Made by a program: the position numbers and the translations under genes. A stretch of 64,000 nucleotides of DNA from Candidatus Aminicenantes bacterium. Its GTDB lineage: Bacteria > Acidobacteriota > Aminicenantia > Aminicenantales > Saccharicenantaceae. Location of the stretch: positions 210,733 through 274,732 of the forward strand of contig JACIYJ010000003.1 in NCBI GenBank assembly GCA_014360015.1, in the 5' to 3' direction. The notes under the pieces are model-generated. The model ran no database searches. It was not told the origin of the DNA and saw only the letters and a program-made list of their open reading frames with translations. Shown piece by piece: positions 1-8,419 of the stretch (positions are counted from its first letter, which is position 1; every line of letters starts with the position of its first letter).

Positions 1-446
1 TCTTTTTCTCTCTGTTTGACTATTTCTCCCAGAGTCTTTTCAAATGAAGCCAGGATAAATCTCCGTTCCTCCTGAGACAGTTCTTTCTGATTAATATTGA
101 CCAGCTGCGGCACTCGCAGCAACTGGTCCAGAGTAAGAGAAAAAGGCAAACCCACATCTCCGGAAAGATTTCTTAACTCGGCCACAATTTTCTTCAGCAG
201 GGGCCGGTTGATGGAAAACTCCCAGCTTTCGGGTGAAAGATAATCCAGCTCCAGTAAAATCTCCACTCTGCCCCGCAATATTTTCTTCTGGCAAGCAGCC
301 CGGAGCTGATTCTCCAGCTCACCAATGCTGGTCCCTTTGTAGACCCAATCAAAAAACCGATGGTTGAGACTTTTAATGAAGATTTTTACTCGCAATGATG
401 ATGAGCTGAAATTTTTTTCAGCAAAACCGGTCATACTGCGTATCAT
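1..446 (-). CDS. yicC: YicC-family protein, N-terminal ~148 codons (3' end lies beyond the window edge)
   Basis: Absent from the ORF track because it runs off the window. My reverse-strand translation from ATG 446-444 gives MIRSMTGFAEKNFSSSSLRVKIFIKSLNHRFFDWVYKG... The MIRSMTGF N-terminus is the YicC hallmark. A GGAGA SD lies just upstream and the frame is open to position 1. Confidence 0.7.
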   Translation of the reverse strand, partial: MIRSMTGFAEKNFSSSSLRVKIFIKSLNHRFFDWVYKGTSIGELENQLRAACQKKILRGRVEILLELDYLSPESWEFSINRPLLKKIVAELRNLSGDVGLPFSLTLDQLLRVPQLVNINQKELSQEERRFILASFEKTLGEIVKQREK

Positions 447-471
447 CTATAATTCTCCAGACCACTGAGCT

Positions 472-1500
472 TCATTCTAAATCAAACATTTTTCTGGCAA
501 TTTCCAGAGCATTAAGAGCTGAGCCGATGGTCAAGTTATCAGCAGCTACCCAGAGCCAGAAACTGCCTGGAATAGACTGGTCTTTTTTCAGATGTCCGAT
601 GAAAATCTGCTCTTTGCCTGCTACTTTGATATTGGAAATCTGCTCTGAAGAACCCAGGGGGAAAAACTTAAATACTGATTTTTTCTTGAAGACTTTTTCC
701 AGCTCTACCGGCTCTACATCTTCGGACAATTCGATATAAACCATAATCGAATAAACGTGAAAAACAGGAGCCTGCACCATGGACAGACTAAAATTAAACC
801 CTGGCTGGTCCAGGACCCGTCTGATTTCCTGAATTATCTGCTTCTCCTTATTGGAAAAACCATCCTTTCCCGGCCTTTCCACTCCAGGCAAAAAGTTAAA
901 GGCAATCTGTTCTCTAAAAACCTTCGGGTTGAGGCTGCTACTGGAAAGAAGGGCATAGCTCTGCTCGGCCAGCTCTTCGATGCCCTCGTTCTCATAAGCG
1001 GAAACCGGCTGCAAAACCATGGAGATTGCTTTTTTTATCGGATAAAGGGAAACGATGGCTGAAAAAACATGGCTGAGGAAAATAGTTACCGGATGTGGAT
1101 TGGAGACCAGAAAAATTTCCTTATTTCTGAGCAACTCATCATTTACGCCGGCAACGACCACTGGGACCTCAGGGGTTTCGGTGAAGCTTTCTGACAGGTC
1201 GATTGCCCGGAAGCCTTTTTCTCTGGCCAGCAGACCGAATTTCCTGTTGGTCGTATGGTCAGCAGCCAGAAAAATCAGGTCCAGTCCCTCAAGAAGATAT
1301 GGGTCTGGATGATGAATGACTTTTGGCTCGTCTCTGAATTCAGTCAGTTTGCTGTACTCTTCAGCCACATCCGGGTCGTAAAACTCGATGGATTTCAGCG
1401 GAAATTTACCGGTGCTGAGTACGCTTTTAATCTCCTGACCGCGGAGAGAGTCGGTACCGATTAAGGCTACTCGGAATTGCCGGTCAGCTGGCTTATTCAT
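472..1500 (-). CDS. Aspartate-semialdehyde dehydrogenase-fold protein lacking the catalytic residues (Asd-like pseudoenzyme candidate)
   Basis: Collinear with Asd along its length (RVALIG... N-terminus, VAADNLTIGSALNALEIA C-terminus). The active-site motif ANPNCSTI reads SNPHPVTI instead. The likely start is MNKPADR (ATG 1500-1498), overlapping the upstream stop in ATGAATAA. Confidence 0.7.
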   Translation of the reverse strand: MNKPADRQFRVALIGTDSLRGQEIKSVLSTGKFPLKSIEFYDPDVAEEYSKLTEFRDEPKVIHHPDPYLLEGLDLIFLAADHTTNRKFGLLAREKGFRAIDLSESFTETPEVPVVVAGVNDELLRNKEIFLVSNPHPVTIFLSHVFSAIVSLYPIKKAISMVLQPVSAYENEGIEELAEQSYALLSSSSLNPKVFREQIAFNFLPGVERPGKDGFSNKEKQIIQEIRRVLDQPGFNFSLSMVQAPVFHVYSIMVYIELSEDVEPVELEKVFKKKSVFKFFPLGSSEQISNIKVAGKEQIFIGHLKKDQSIPGSFWLWVAADNLTIGSALNALEIARKMFDLE

Positions 1501-1726
1501 GGTCTTCAGTCTGCCTTTCAAACTGGATAATCATCCGATACATTTCGTCTTTGAGCTTTAGCTTTTTCTTTTTCAGCTGCTTTTCCCGAAGCTTGTCTTC
1601 CTCACTTAAAAAACTTTTGGCCCAAAGCTCAGATAGAGCCTGTTCACATTGTTGATGTTCCATAAAGATCTTTTTAAAGTCTTCATTCTGCTGAAGAAGA
1701 ATCTCTTTGATTTTTTCTTCCTTCAT
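1493..1726 (-). CDS. DUF465 (YdcH-like) small coiled-coil protein
   Basis: MKEEKIKEILLQQNEDFKKIFMEHQQCEQALSEL...LKKKKLKLKDEMY matches the DUF465 pattern (eF..L..eH...LKk.KL.lKDe). An AAGGAGAGG SD lies before ATG 1726. The 5' extension in the ORF track is probably not translated. Confidence 0.6.
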   Translation of the reverse strand: MKEEKIKEILLQQNEDFKKIFMEHQQCEQALSELWAKSFLSEEDKLREKQLKKKKLKLKDEMYRMIIQFERQTEDHE

Positions 1727-1929
1727 CAGCCTCTCCTTAGAAAGGATAACACAGCTCCGCCCTGTTTTCAATTTGATCTGTCCTTACCTGAAATCGCTGA
1801 AAATTTCCAGCCTGAAGTAATCAATTTCATCAGGAATTTAGTTAGTCGCTGGACTAACATTGCAAAAAATTTATGGTTGATCGATACTTGCTGGCAGAGG
1901 CCTTTCTTCAAAAAAATTCTTAACGCCAG

Positions 1930-1958
1930 TTGACTTTAAGTCCCTGGATAAATATACT
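1930..1958 (+). promoter_or_regulatory. Candidate sigma70-type promoter for tRNA-Phe
   Basis: TTGACT (1930-1935), a 17 nt spacer, then TATACT (1953-1958), about 40 nt upstream of the tRNA. Confidence 0.35.
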
Positions 1959-1996
1959 TATAAACGATTTTGATGATTGACGGTGAGTCCCTGGAT

Positions 1997-2069
1997 GGCC
2001 AGGTAGCTCAGTCGGTAGAGCGAGGGACTGAAAATCCCTGCGTCGGCGGTTCGATTCCGTCCCTGGCCA
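1997..2069 (+). tRNA. tRNA-Phe (anticodon GAA), CCA not encoded
   Basis: Acceptor stem GGCCAGG/CCTGGCC, D-loop AGCTCAGTCGGTAGAGC, anticodon loop CTGAAAA and T-arm GGTTCGATTCC, 73 nt in total. Confidence 0.95.
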
Positions 2070-2372
2070 TTCCCCTCCTTTTAATTAAATCAACTTTTTG
2101 TTTCTTAACTCTAAAAATAAAAAGTGGTTCTTCAGGCTTTATTTTTGGTAAAAATCAGAGATTCCAGGGTACTTAACGCCAGCTTGAAGTTTGGCTGAAT
2201 CATCGTAGACGAAGTCAATTGCAGAAATATCTATAAGATACATAATATTCCACTTCAACTGCCACTTTAAAATCTTCATCGTTGGCCTCTTTATTTCCTC
2301 ACTGAAAGCTATAATTCTCTATTTATACCCCATTTAAAAGATAGAAGAGCCAAAAAGTTTTGTTCCAGCTAT

Positions 2373-2401
2373 TGACAAATAGCAATCAGCTTTTAAAATA
2401 A
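2373..2401 (+). promoter_or_regulatory. Candidate promoter for the PAS/HD-GYP gene
   Basis: TTGACA, a 16 nt spacer, then TAAAAT, located 25-50 nt upstream of the GTG start with a GGAG SD. Confidence 0.3.
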
Positions 2402-2424
2402 GTTCTATTTTTTTTGGAGATAGA

Positions 2425-3819
2425 GTGCTGAGACCTGAAACTGTTATTTATTTTGTGGACATATTAGAAGCCCTGCCCATAGGAATCATTGTTCTGGAAA
2501 AACAGCAGATTATTTTCCTCAATTCGGCCCTTAGAAGACACCTGGGCTTCCCTATCAAGAGTAGTTCTGAACCTGGCGACTCGCTTAGTGCCTTGGTTCA
2601 CCCTGAAGATCAGCCGCTCCTTGGCAGTTACTCTTCAGAACTTGATAGTCAGTTGATTCTCAGACTTAGGAAGATAGACGGAGACTATGAACCTTTTGAG
2701 TTTTCCCGGCTGGTTACATTTGATTCAAAAACCATTTTCATGACCAAAGATGTTTCTGGTTTTCAGCTGGATGCCGCTGCTGAATTGAGGCTTTTGAATG
2801 ACAGCCGGAGGTTGCTTCATCAACTTTTCAATCATTTGGAAGAAGCTATTCTCCTGATCCGGAAAGGTTCGATAGTAGCCTGCAACGAACAGGCTGCCAA
2901 CCGTCTGGGTTATCAGCCGGGTGAACTTCAAGGTAAAAACCTGGAATCGCTGGTAAGCAAAATCATTGGCCATCCGGCTTCAAGCCTTTTCCAGAAAATT
3001 CAGTCACAAAGATCAGCAGAAGCCAGACTGAGAACTAAAGAAGGACAAATTCTCCAGGTCAGGCTGATAATCGAACCTTTGGCTGAATCAGAAGAAAAAA
3101 TTTACCTGATCAAAATTGCTGAAGACAGGGAAATAGATTCGAATCAGAACATAGAGAAAAAAATGTACGAGCTACGTTCGGTCTATCATGGAATCCTATC
3201 TGCACTCAACCAGATTATAGACATTAAAGATCCTTACAACGCCAGACATCATCAGCGAGTCTCGGACCTGGCCAGAGCTATAGCCACAATCATGGATTTG
3301 CCCATGGAAACCATCGAAGCGGTGAGAGTGGCTGGAGCCATTCATGACATCGGCAAGCTGATGATCCCAGCAGAAATCATTGCCAAGCCTGGAAGTTTGA
3401 GCACCAACGAATTCAACCTGATGAAGATTCATCCAGAAGCTGGGTACGAAATTCTTAAATCCATCAAATTCCCCTGGCCGGTGGCAGAAATTGTCCTCCA
3501 GCATCATGAACACCTGGATGGTTCTGGTTATCCCTATGGCCTGAAGGGAGACGAAATCCGGATTGAAGCCAGGATTATTGCGGTAGCCGATGTTATGGAG
3601 GCCATAATTTCCCATCGTCCTTACCGGCCGGCTTTGTCATTACAGGAAGCTTTCTTCGAGCTCGAATCCAAAAAAGGCTTAATTTATGACCCACAGGCAG
3701 TAGAAGCCTGTCTCTTCCTCTTTAAAGAAATCGGCTATTCTTTTGACAGTCGGGAATGGGTTTCCCGGTTGATTGCTTTTAAAAAATCGAACTCCTCACC
3801 CTCTTTTTCCCCGGATTAG
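2425..3819 (+). CDS. PAS-domain HD-GYP protein (putative c-di-GMP phosphodiesterase / signalling protein)
   Basis: The C-terminal half contains HDIGKL and HHEHLDGSGYPYGL (HD and GYP motifs). The N-terminal half has PAS-like repeats. Confidence 0.85.
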   Translation: MLRPETVIYFVDILEALPIGIIVLEKQQIIFLNSALRRHLGFPIKSSSEPGDSLSALVHPEDQPLLGSYSSELDSQLILRLRKIDGDYEPFEFSRLVTFDSKTIFMTKDVSGFQLDAAAELRLLNDSRRLLHQLFNHLEEAILLIRKGSIVACNEQAANRLGYQPGELQGKNLESLVSKIIGHPASSLFQKIQSQRSAEARLRTKEGQILQVRLIIEPLAESEEKIYLIKIAEDREIDSNQNIEKKMYELRSVYHGILSALNQIIDIKDPYNARHHQRVSDLARAIATIMDLPMETIEAVRVAGAIHDIGKLMIPAEIIAKPGSLSTNEFNLMKIHPEAGYEILKSIKFPWPVAEIVLQHHEHLDGSGYPYGLKGDEIRIEARIIAVADVMEAIISHRPYRPALSLQEAFFELESKKGLIYDPQAVEACLFLFKEIGYSFDSREWVSRLIAFKKSNSSPSFSPD

Positions 3820-3870
3820 GTCTCTTTTTTATCAAATTTATTTTCTGTTCTACGCTTTTCCCACTTTCCA

Positions 3871-5175
3871 TCAGAAGCTGAATGCTACTGACAGGCTCGG
3901 GACAATGAGATGCATCCGATAAGTTCCGGCCATTGCCTGTCCCAAGGTTCCAGCTGTCATAAGTTCTTCTAAAGTGACTTCCCGTTTTTTCCCCGAAAGA
4001 TATTCCAACCCCCAGGTGACTGAAAGCCCTTTCCACTCATAGCCAAATCCAACAGCCGCCACCTGAAAATCAAAACTCGGCAGCAGAATGTTCAGGCTAT
4101 AATCAGGCGCCGGCGAGGGGTCAGAATAGTAGCCAGCCCTCAGAGCCAGATTTGAAGTTACCTTATATTCAAGTCCAAAACGAACCTGGAGACTATCCTT
4201 CCAGTCCATCACCACGTGGTCATTACCGCTTTCGGTCATCATCATCATCCAGACCGGGTCAAGGTAAGTGGTGGTCATATTTTTAATCACTGACCAGCCA
4301 GTCCACTGAAGGTCAGCGGTTAAAGTAACTCCAACCTTCGGCTTCAAAGCTAGCCCGCCTCCCACAAACCATGGCCATTTGATATTTCTTTTGACTTCAG
4401 AACTATCGGGATATCCAAGATAGCCAAGACTAAACATGGAGGCCGTCCCCTTGAATTTGATGGTGCTTGGTGTTTTAACAGTCAGACCAGCGCTGAGCCA
4501 ATCGGCAGGCTTTACCAGAATTCCCAGGGTCAAACCCCAGCCCCAACCATGGAGGCTTTCTTCATACTGACCAAGGTCAACAAAAACGCCTGGCTCCATC
4601 TCCATTTCGCCAGCCCATCTTTTCAGACTGAACATTCCATAATTTAAATTAAAAGTGGCTCCGACACTTATTCTATCGTTAATTTTCCAGGCAACTAAGG
4701 GCGATATGCTGATCATACCAATTTTGCTGGTCCAGTCATAGGCAACGCCAGCGGACATCTCCTTGAAATCCTCTCCCTTCCAGTTAGCTCCAAGTCCGGC
4801 TGGAGTATAAACACCTATGCCCAGGACCAGACAGTCAGACAACGGCCGATAATAACCGGCCAGAAAACCAAGATAATGAGAAAGTTTGGTCTTGGCGTCC
4901 ATAGCTAAGCCAGGAGGCATGGTCAACTGATAGCGGTTTGTTGGAATCAAATCATTCAGGTAAGTCCCGAACAGTGGCTGGCGAAGGAAGCCGGCCCCGG
5001 CTGGATTCCAGTAAACCAGGCTGAAATCGTCAGCTAAACCAATAAAAGCCCCGCCCATAGCCACGGCTTTAGTTCCCAAGCCGTTCAGGTTCAACCCATT
5101 GGCCATGGCTAAGCCTGAGAAAAGCAGAAGGATCATCAAACTGCCAACTATCTTCCTTATCAATTTCTTTCCCAT
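3871..5175 (-). CDS. FadL/OmpP1/TodX-family outer-membrane channel
   Basis: Signal peptide, then the N-terminal motif GLGTKAVAMGGAFIGLADDFSLVYWNPAG, beta-barrel alternating pattern and a C-terminal aromatic residue (..VAFSF). Confidence 0.75.
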   Translation of the reverse strand: MGKKLIRKIVGSLMILLLFSGLAMANGLNLNGLGTKAVAMGGAFIGLADDFSLVYWNPAGAGFLRQPLFGTYLNDLIPTNRYQLTMPPGLAMDAKTKLSHYLGFLAGYYRPLSDCLVLGIGVYTPAGLGANWKGEDFKEMSAGVAYDWTSKIGMISISPLVAWKINDRISVGATFNLNYGMFSLKRWAGEMEMEPGVFVDLGQYEESLHGWGWGLTLGILVKPADWLSAGLTVKTPSTIKFKGTASMFSLGYLGYPDSSEVKRNIKWPWFVGGGLALKPKVGVTLTADLQWTGWSVIKNMTTTYLDPVWMMMMTESGNDHVVMDWKDSLQVRFGLEYKVTSNLALRAGYYSDPSPAPDYSLNILLPSFDFQVAAVGFGYEWKGLSVTWGLEYLSGKKREVTLEELMTAGTLGQAMAGTYRMHLIVPSLSVAFSF

Positions 5176-5199
5176 TATTTGCTCCTTTAATAATATCTT

Positions 5200-7779
5200 T
5201 CATTTTTTCTTAAAAACAAACTCACCTTCCTTGCTGACATCGATGACCACCGTATCGCCTTCTTTAAACTCTCCGGCCAGGATTTTCATGGCCATAGGGT
5301 TCTGAATTTCTTTCTGAATAGTCCTCTTCAATGGTCTGGCTCCGTAGACCGGGTCAAAGCCCCGTTCAGCCAGCACTTCCTTGGCTTTGTCTCTGATGAT
5401 CAGCTCGATCTTCTTATCCTGAAGCCTCTGACGAAGCAGGCCTATCTGCAGGTCAACAATCCTGAAAATAACCTCTTTAGTCAGTGGCTTAAAGATGATG
5501 ATTTCATCAATTCGATTGAGAAATTCTGGCTTGAAATGGCTTTCCAGAATTTTGCGAACTTCTCTTTCCATACTCTCATAATCGTGACTCAGCTCCTTAA
5601 TTACCTGACTGCCCAGATTGGAAGTCATGATGATCAGGGTGTTGCGGAAATCCACCGTAGTGCCCTTACCGTCGGTCAACCGGCCATCATCCAGTATCTG
5701 AAGTAGAATGTTGAAGACATCCGGATGAGCTTTTTCCACCTCATCCAGCAGAATCAATGAATACGGTCGTCTTTTAACCGCTTCAGTCAGCTGACCGCCC
5801 TCTTCATAACCAACATAGCCAGGAGGAGCACCGATCAGTCTGGCCACCGTGTGCTTTTCCATGTATTCAGACATATCCAGTCGGACCATGGCTTTCTCGT
5901 CATTGAACAGGAACTCAGCTAAGGCTCTGGCCAGCTCGGTTTTTCCCACACCGGTCGGTCCAAGGAACATAAATGAGCCGATGGGTCTGGTCGCTTCCTG
6001 CAGACCGGCTCGAGCTCGACGGATGGTGTCAGAGACCGCCCTAATAGCTTGCTCCTGGCCTATCACCCGGCGAGATAGAATTTCTTCCATCTTCAACAGC
6101 CTTTCCACATCTCCTTCCAGCATCTTGGAAACAGGAATTCCTGTCCAGCGGCTGACCACCTGAGCCACATCTTCTTCATCCACTTCTTCTTTGAGCATCT
6201 TGCCTTTTTTCTGCAACTCGGCCAACTCAGCTGAAAGTTTATCAATTTGTTTATTAAGCTCGATCAACTTGCCATACCGGATTTCAGCCACTCTTTCCAG
6301 GTCTCCCCGGCGTTCTGCATTCTGTTCTTCAATCTTAAGAACATCTCTTTGCTCTTTTAATTTATTAATCTGGTCGATTAGGTCCTTTTCCCTTTTCCAT
6401 TGAGCCTTAAGAGAATTACTCTGTTCTTTCAGATTGGCCAGTTCCTGTTCTATTTTCTGTAACCTTTCGAATGAGGCCTGGTCTTTTTCTTTTTTCAGGG
6501 CCTGCTTTTCAATCTCAAGCTGAGTGATTCTTCTTTCAAGCTCGTCAATCTCTTCCGGCAGACTGTCGAGCTGAACCCGGATGCGGGAGGCAGCTTCATC
6601 GATCAGGTCAATAGCTTTGTCCGGTAAGAAGCGGTTGCTGATGTAGCGGTTGGAAAGAACAGCGGCCGCCACCAAGGCTGAATCCTTGATCTTAACTCCG
6701 TGATGAACTTCGTATTTTTCTTTAAGACCACGCAGGATAGAGATGGTCTCTTCAACCGATGGTTCTCCCACATAAACCGGCTGGAACCGTCTTTCCAGAG
6801 CCGGGTCTTTTTCTATGTACTTTTTATATTCATTAAGCGTGGTTGCCCCGATGCACCTGAGCTCTCCCCTGGCCAGAGCTGGCTTCAACATGTTGGAAGC
6901 GTCAACCGCTCCTTCAGCCGCACCGGCGCCGACGATAGTATGGAGTTCGTCGATAAAGAGAATGATGTTGCCCGATTCTTTTATTTCTTTGAGCACAGCT
7001 TTTAACCGGTCTTCAAACTCTCCGCGGTATTTGGTGCCAGCTACCAGGGCTCCCATGTCTAAGGCCAGCAATTGCTTATTCTTAAGAGACTGTGGCACAT
7101 CGCCGTTGGCAATTCTCTGGGCCAGACCTTCAACAATAGCAGTCTTACCGACGCCGGCTTCGCCTATGAGCACCGGATTGTTTTTTGTCCGGCGAGACAG
7201 CACCTGGATTACCCGGCGGATTTCTTCTTCCCGACCGATAACCGGATCCAGCTTGCCCTGTCTGGCCAGAGCTGTCAGGTCGCGACCGTATTTTTCGAGA
7301 GCCTGGTATTTGGACTCAGGCTCCGGGTCAGTTATTCTCTGGGTTCCCCTGATGTCCATCAGGGCTTTGAGGATTGTATCTTCATCGATCTTGAAACTCG
7401 AAAGTAACCGGCTGATATCTGTACTTTTTAACCGAAGCATGGCCAAGAAAATATGCTCGGTCGAAATATATTCATCCTTGAGCTTCTCAGCTTCTTTTTC
7501 GGCCTCAGTCATCACCTCTCGCAGTTGAGGGGAGAGATATATTTCTCCAGCACCCTGCACTCTCGGAAGCCTATTCAGAACTTTTTCCAGTTCCCGGCGG
7601 AGTTCAGTCGGATTGACTTCGATCTTGGACAGAAGACTATTGACGATGTTGCCTTCCTGATTGAGAAAACTCCACAGCAGATGTTCTGGTCTCAACTCCT
7701 GATGCCCCATTTCCATTGCCTTAGATTGAGCTATCTGAAAAGCTTCTTGAGACATGACTGTCAGTCTATCCCAGCGCAT
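5200..7779 (-). CDS. clpB: ClpB disaggregase (AAA+ chaperone)
   Basis: 859 aa with a Clp N-domain, two Walker A sites ([16 protein letters not shown]) and a long coiled-coil middle domain. A GGAGG SD is present. Confidence 0.97.
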   Translation of the reverse strand: MRWDRLTVMSQEAFQIAQSKAMEMGHQELRPEHLLWSFLNQEGNIVNSLLSKIEVNPTELRRELEKVLNRLPRVQGAGEIYLSPQLREVMTEAEKEAEKLKDEYISTEHIFLAMLRLKSTDISRLLSSFKIDEDTILKALMDIRGTQRITDPEPESKYQALEKYGRDLTALARQGKLDPVIGREEEIRRVIQVLSRRTKNNPVLIGEAGVGKTAIVEGLAQRIANGDVPQSLKNKQLLALDMGALVAGTKYRGEFEDRLKAVLKEIKESGNIILFIDELHTIVGAGAAEGAVDASNMLKPALARGELRCIGATTLNEYKKYIEKDPALERRFQPVYVGEPSVEETISILRGLKEKYEVHHGVKIKDSALVAAAVLSNRYISNRFLPDKAIDLIDEAASRIRVQLDSLPEEIDELERRITQLEIEKQALKKEKDQASFERLQKIEQELANLKEQSNSLKAQWKREKDLIDQINKLKEQRDVLKIEEQNAERRGDLERVAEIRYGKLIELNKQIDKLSAELAELQKKGKMLKEEVDEEDVAQVVSRWTGIPVSKMLEGDVERLLKMEEILSRRVIGQEQAIRAVSDTIRRARAGLQEATRPIGSFMFLGPTGVGKTELARALAEFLFNDEKAMVRLDMSEYMEKHTVARLIGAPPGYVGYEEGGQLTEAVKRRPYSLILLDEVEKAHPDVFNILLQILDDGRLTDGKGTTVDFRNTLIIMTSNLGSQVIKELSHDYESMEREVRKILESHFKPEFLNRIDEIIIFKPLTKEVIFRIVDLQIGLLRQRLQDKKIELIIRDKAKEVLAERGFDPVYGARPLKRTIQKEIQNPMAMKILAGEFKEGDTVVIDVSKEGEFVFKKK

Positions 7780-8095
7780 AGTTACCTCCTGCTGTTATTG
7801 TATTATACTTTATACCAATAACTTTTCGAAATAAAATAGATTCTTTTTTTTACTTTTTATTACTGGATTTTTTAATTCCCGGAATATTCTTTTTGCTTAT
7901 ATTTTAACTATGAATTCAGATTAAGTAAACACCTCGGCAAAAATCAAATCGATAGAAGAACTGAGAAAATAAAATGGCCATCCCTTCTCGCCTGAGGCCG
8001 CACAAGCATCGACTTTAACCTTGAATCCAATTTGCCTTTTACCACTTGACAAAAAGAAAAAAATAAATATTTTTTTTATTTTGAAGGAGTGTGAA

Positions 8096-8419
8096 ATGGA
8101 AGAAATCGAAATTTCCAGCTGGGCAACACTTGACGCTATCAAAAAAGCGGCCGATGTGGTGGAAACAGTCGGCGACCTCCATTCATCTCATGAAATGTCT
8201 GTTTTCTGTGTTATCGAAGACGACTATCTCGAACTTTGCTACAGTGATTCTTCAACTAACTACCTGAGACGCTATGAAGACGAAGAAGAATTTGAGGAAG
8301 CTATCGAAGAAAGAAAAGAAGAAATTGGCGAGGCTCCTTATGAAGGTGACGATTATAATGAAGATTTTGATGAAGAGGAAGAAGATTTAGATTTTGGAGA
8401 CGAATCAGACGAATTCTGA
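8096..8419 (+). CDS. Small highly acidic hypothetical protein (108 aa)
   Basis: GGAG SD 8 nt before ATG 8096, with a TTGACA-containing promoter-like stretch upstream. The C-terminal half is nearly all D/E. The 3' end overlaps the mutS 3' end. Confidence 0.5.
   Translation: MEEIEISSWATLDAIKKAADVVETVGDLHSSHEMSVFCVIEDDYLELCYSDSSTNYLRRYEDEEEFEEAIEERKEEIGEAPYEGDDYNEDFDEEEEDLDFGDESDEF

Noticed and set aside
91-294. ORF 91-294 (minus, 67 aa)
   Set aside because: It lies out of frame within the yicC coding region, which gives a far more convincing translation (MIRSMTGF...).
5849-7821. Plus-strand ORFs antisense to clpB (e.g. 6815-7528, 237 aa)
   Set aside because: These are shadow ORFs opposite a highly conserved gene. 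Their translations are Ser/Arg/Pro-rich and carry no motifs.
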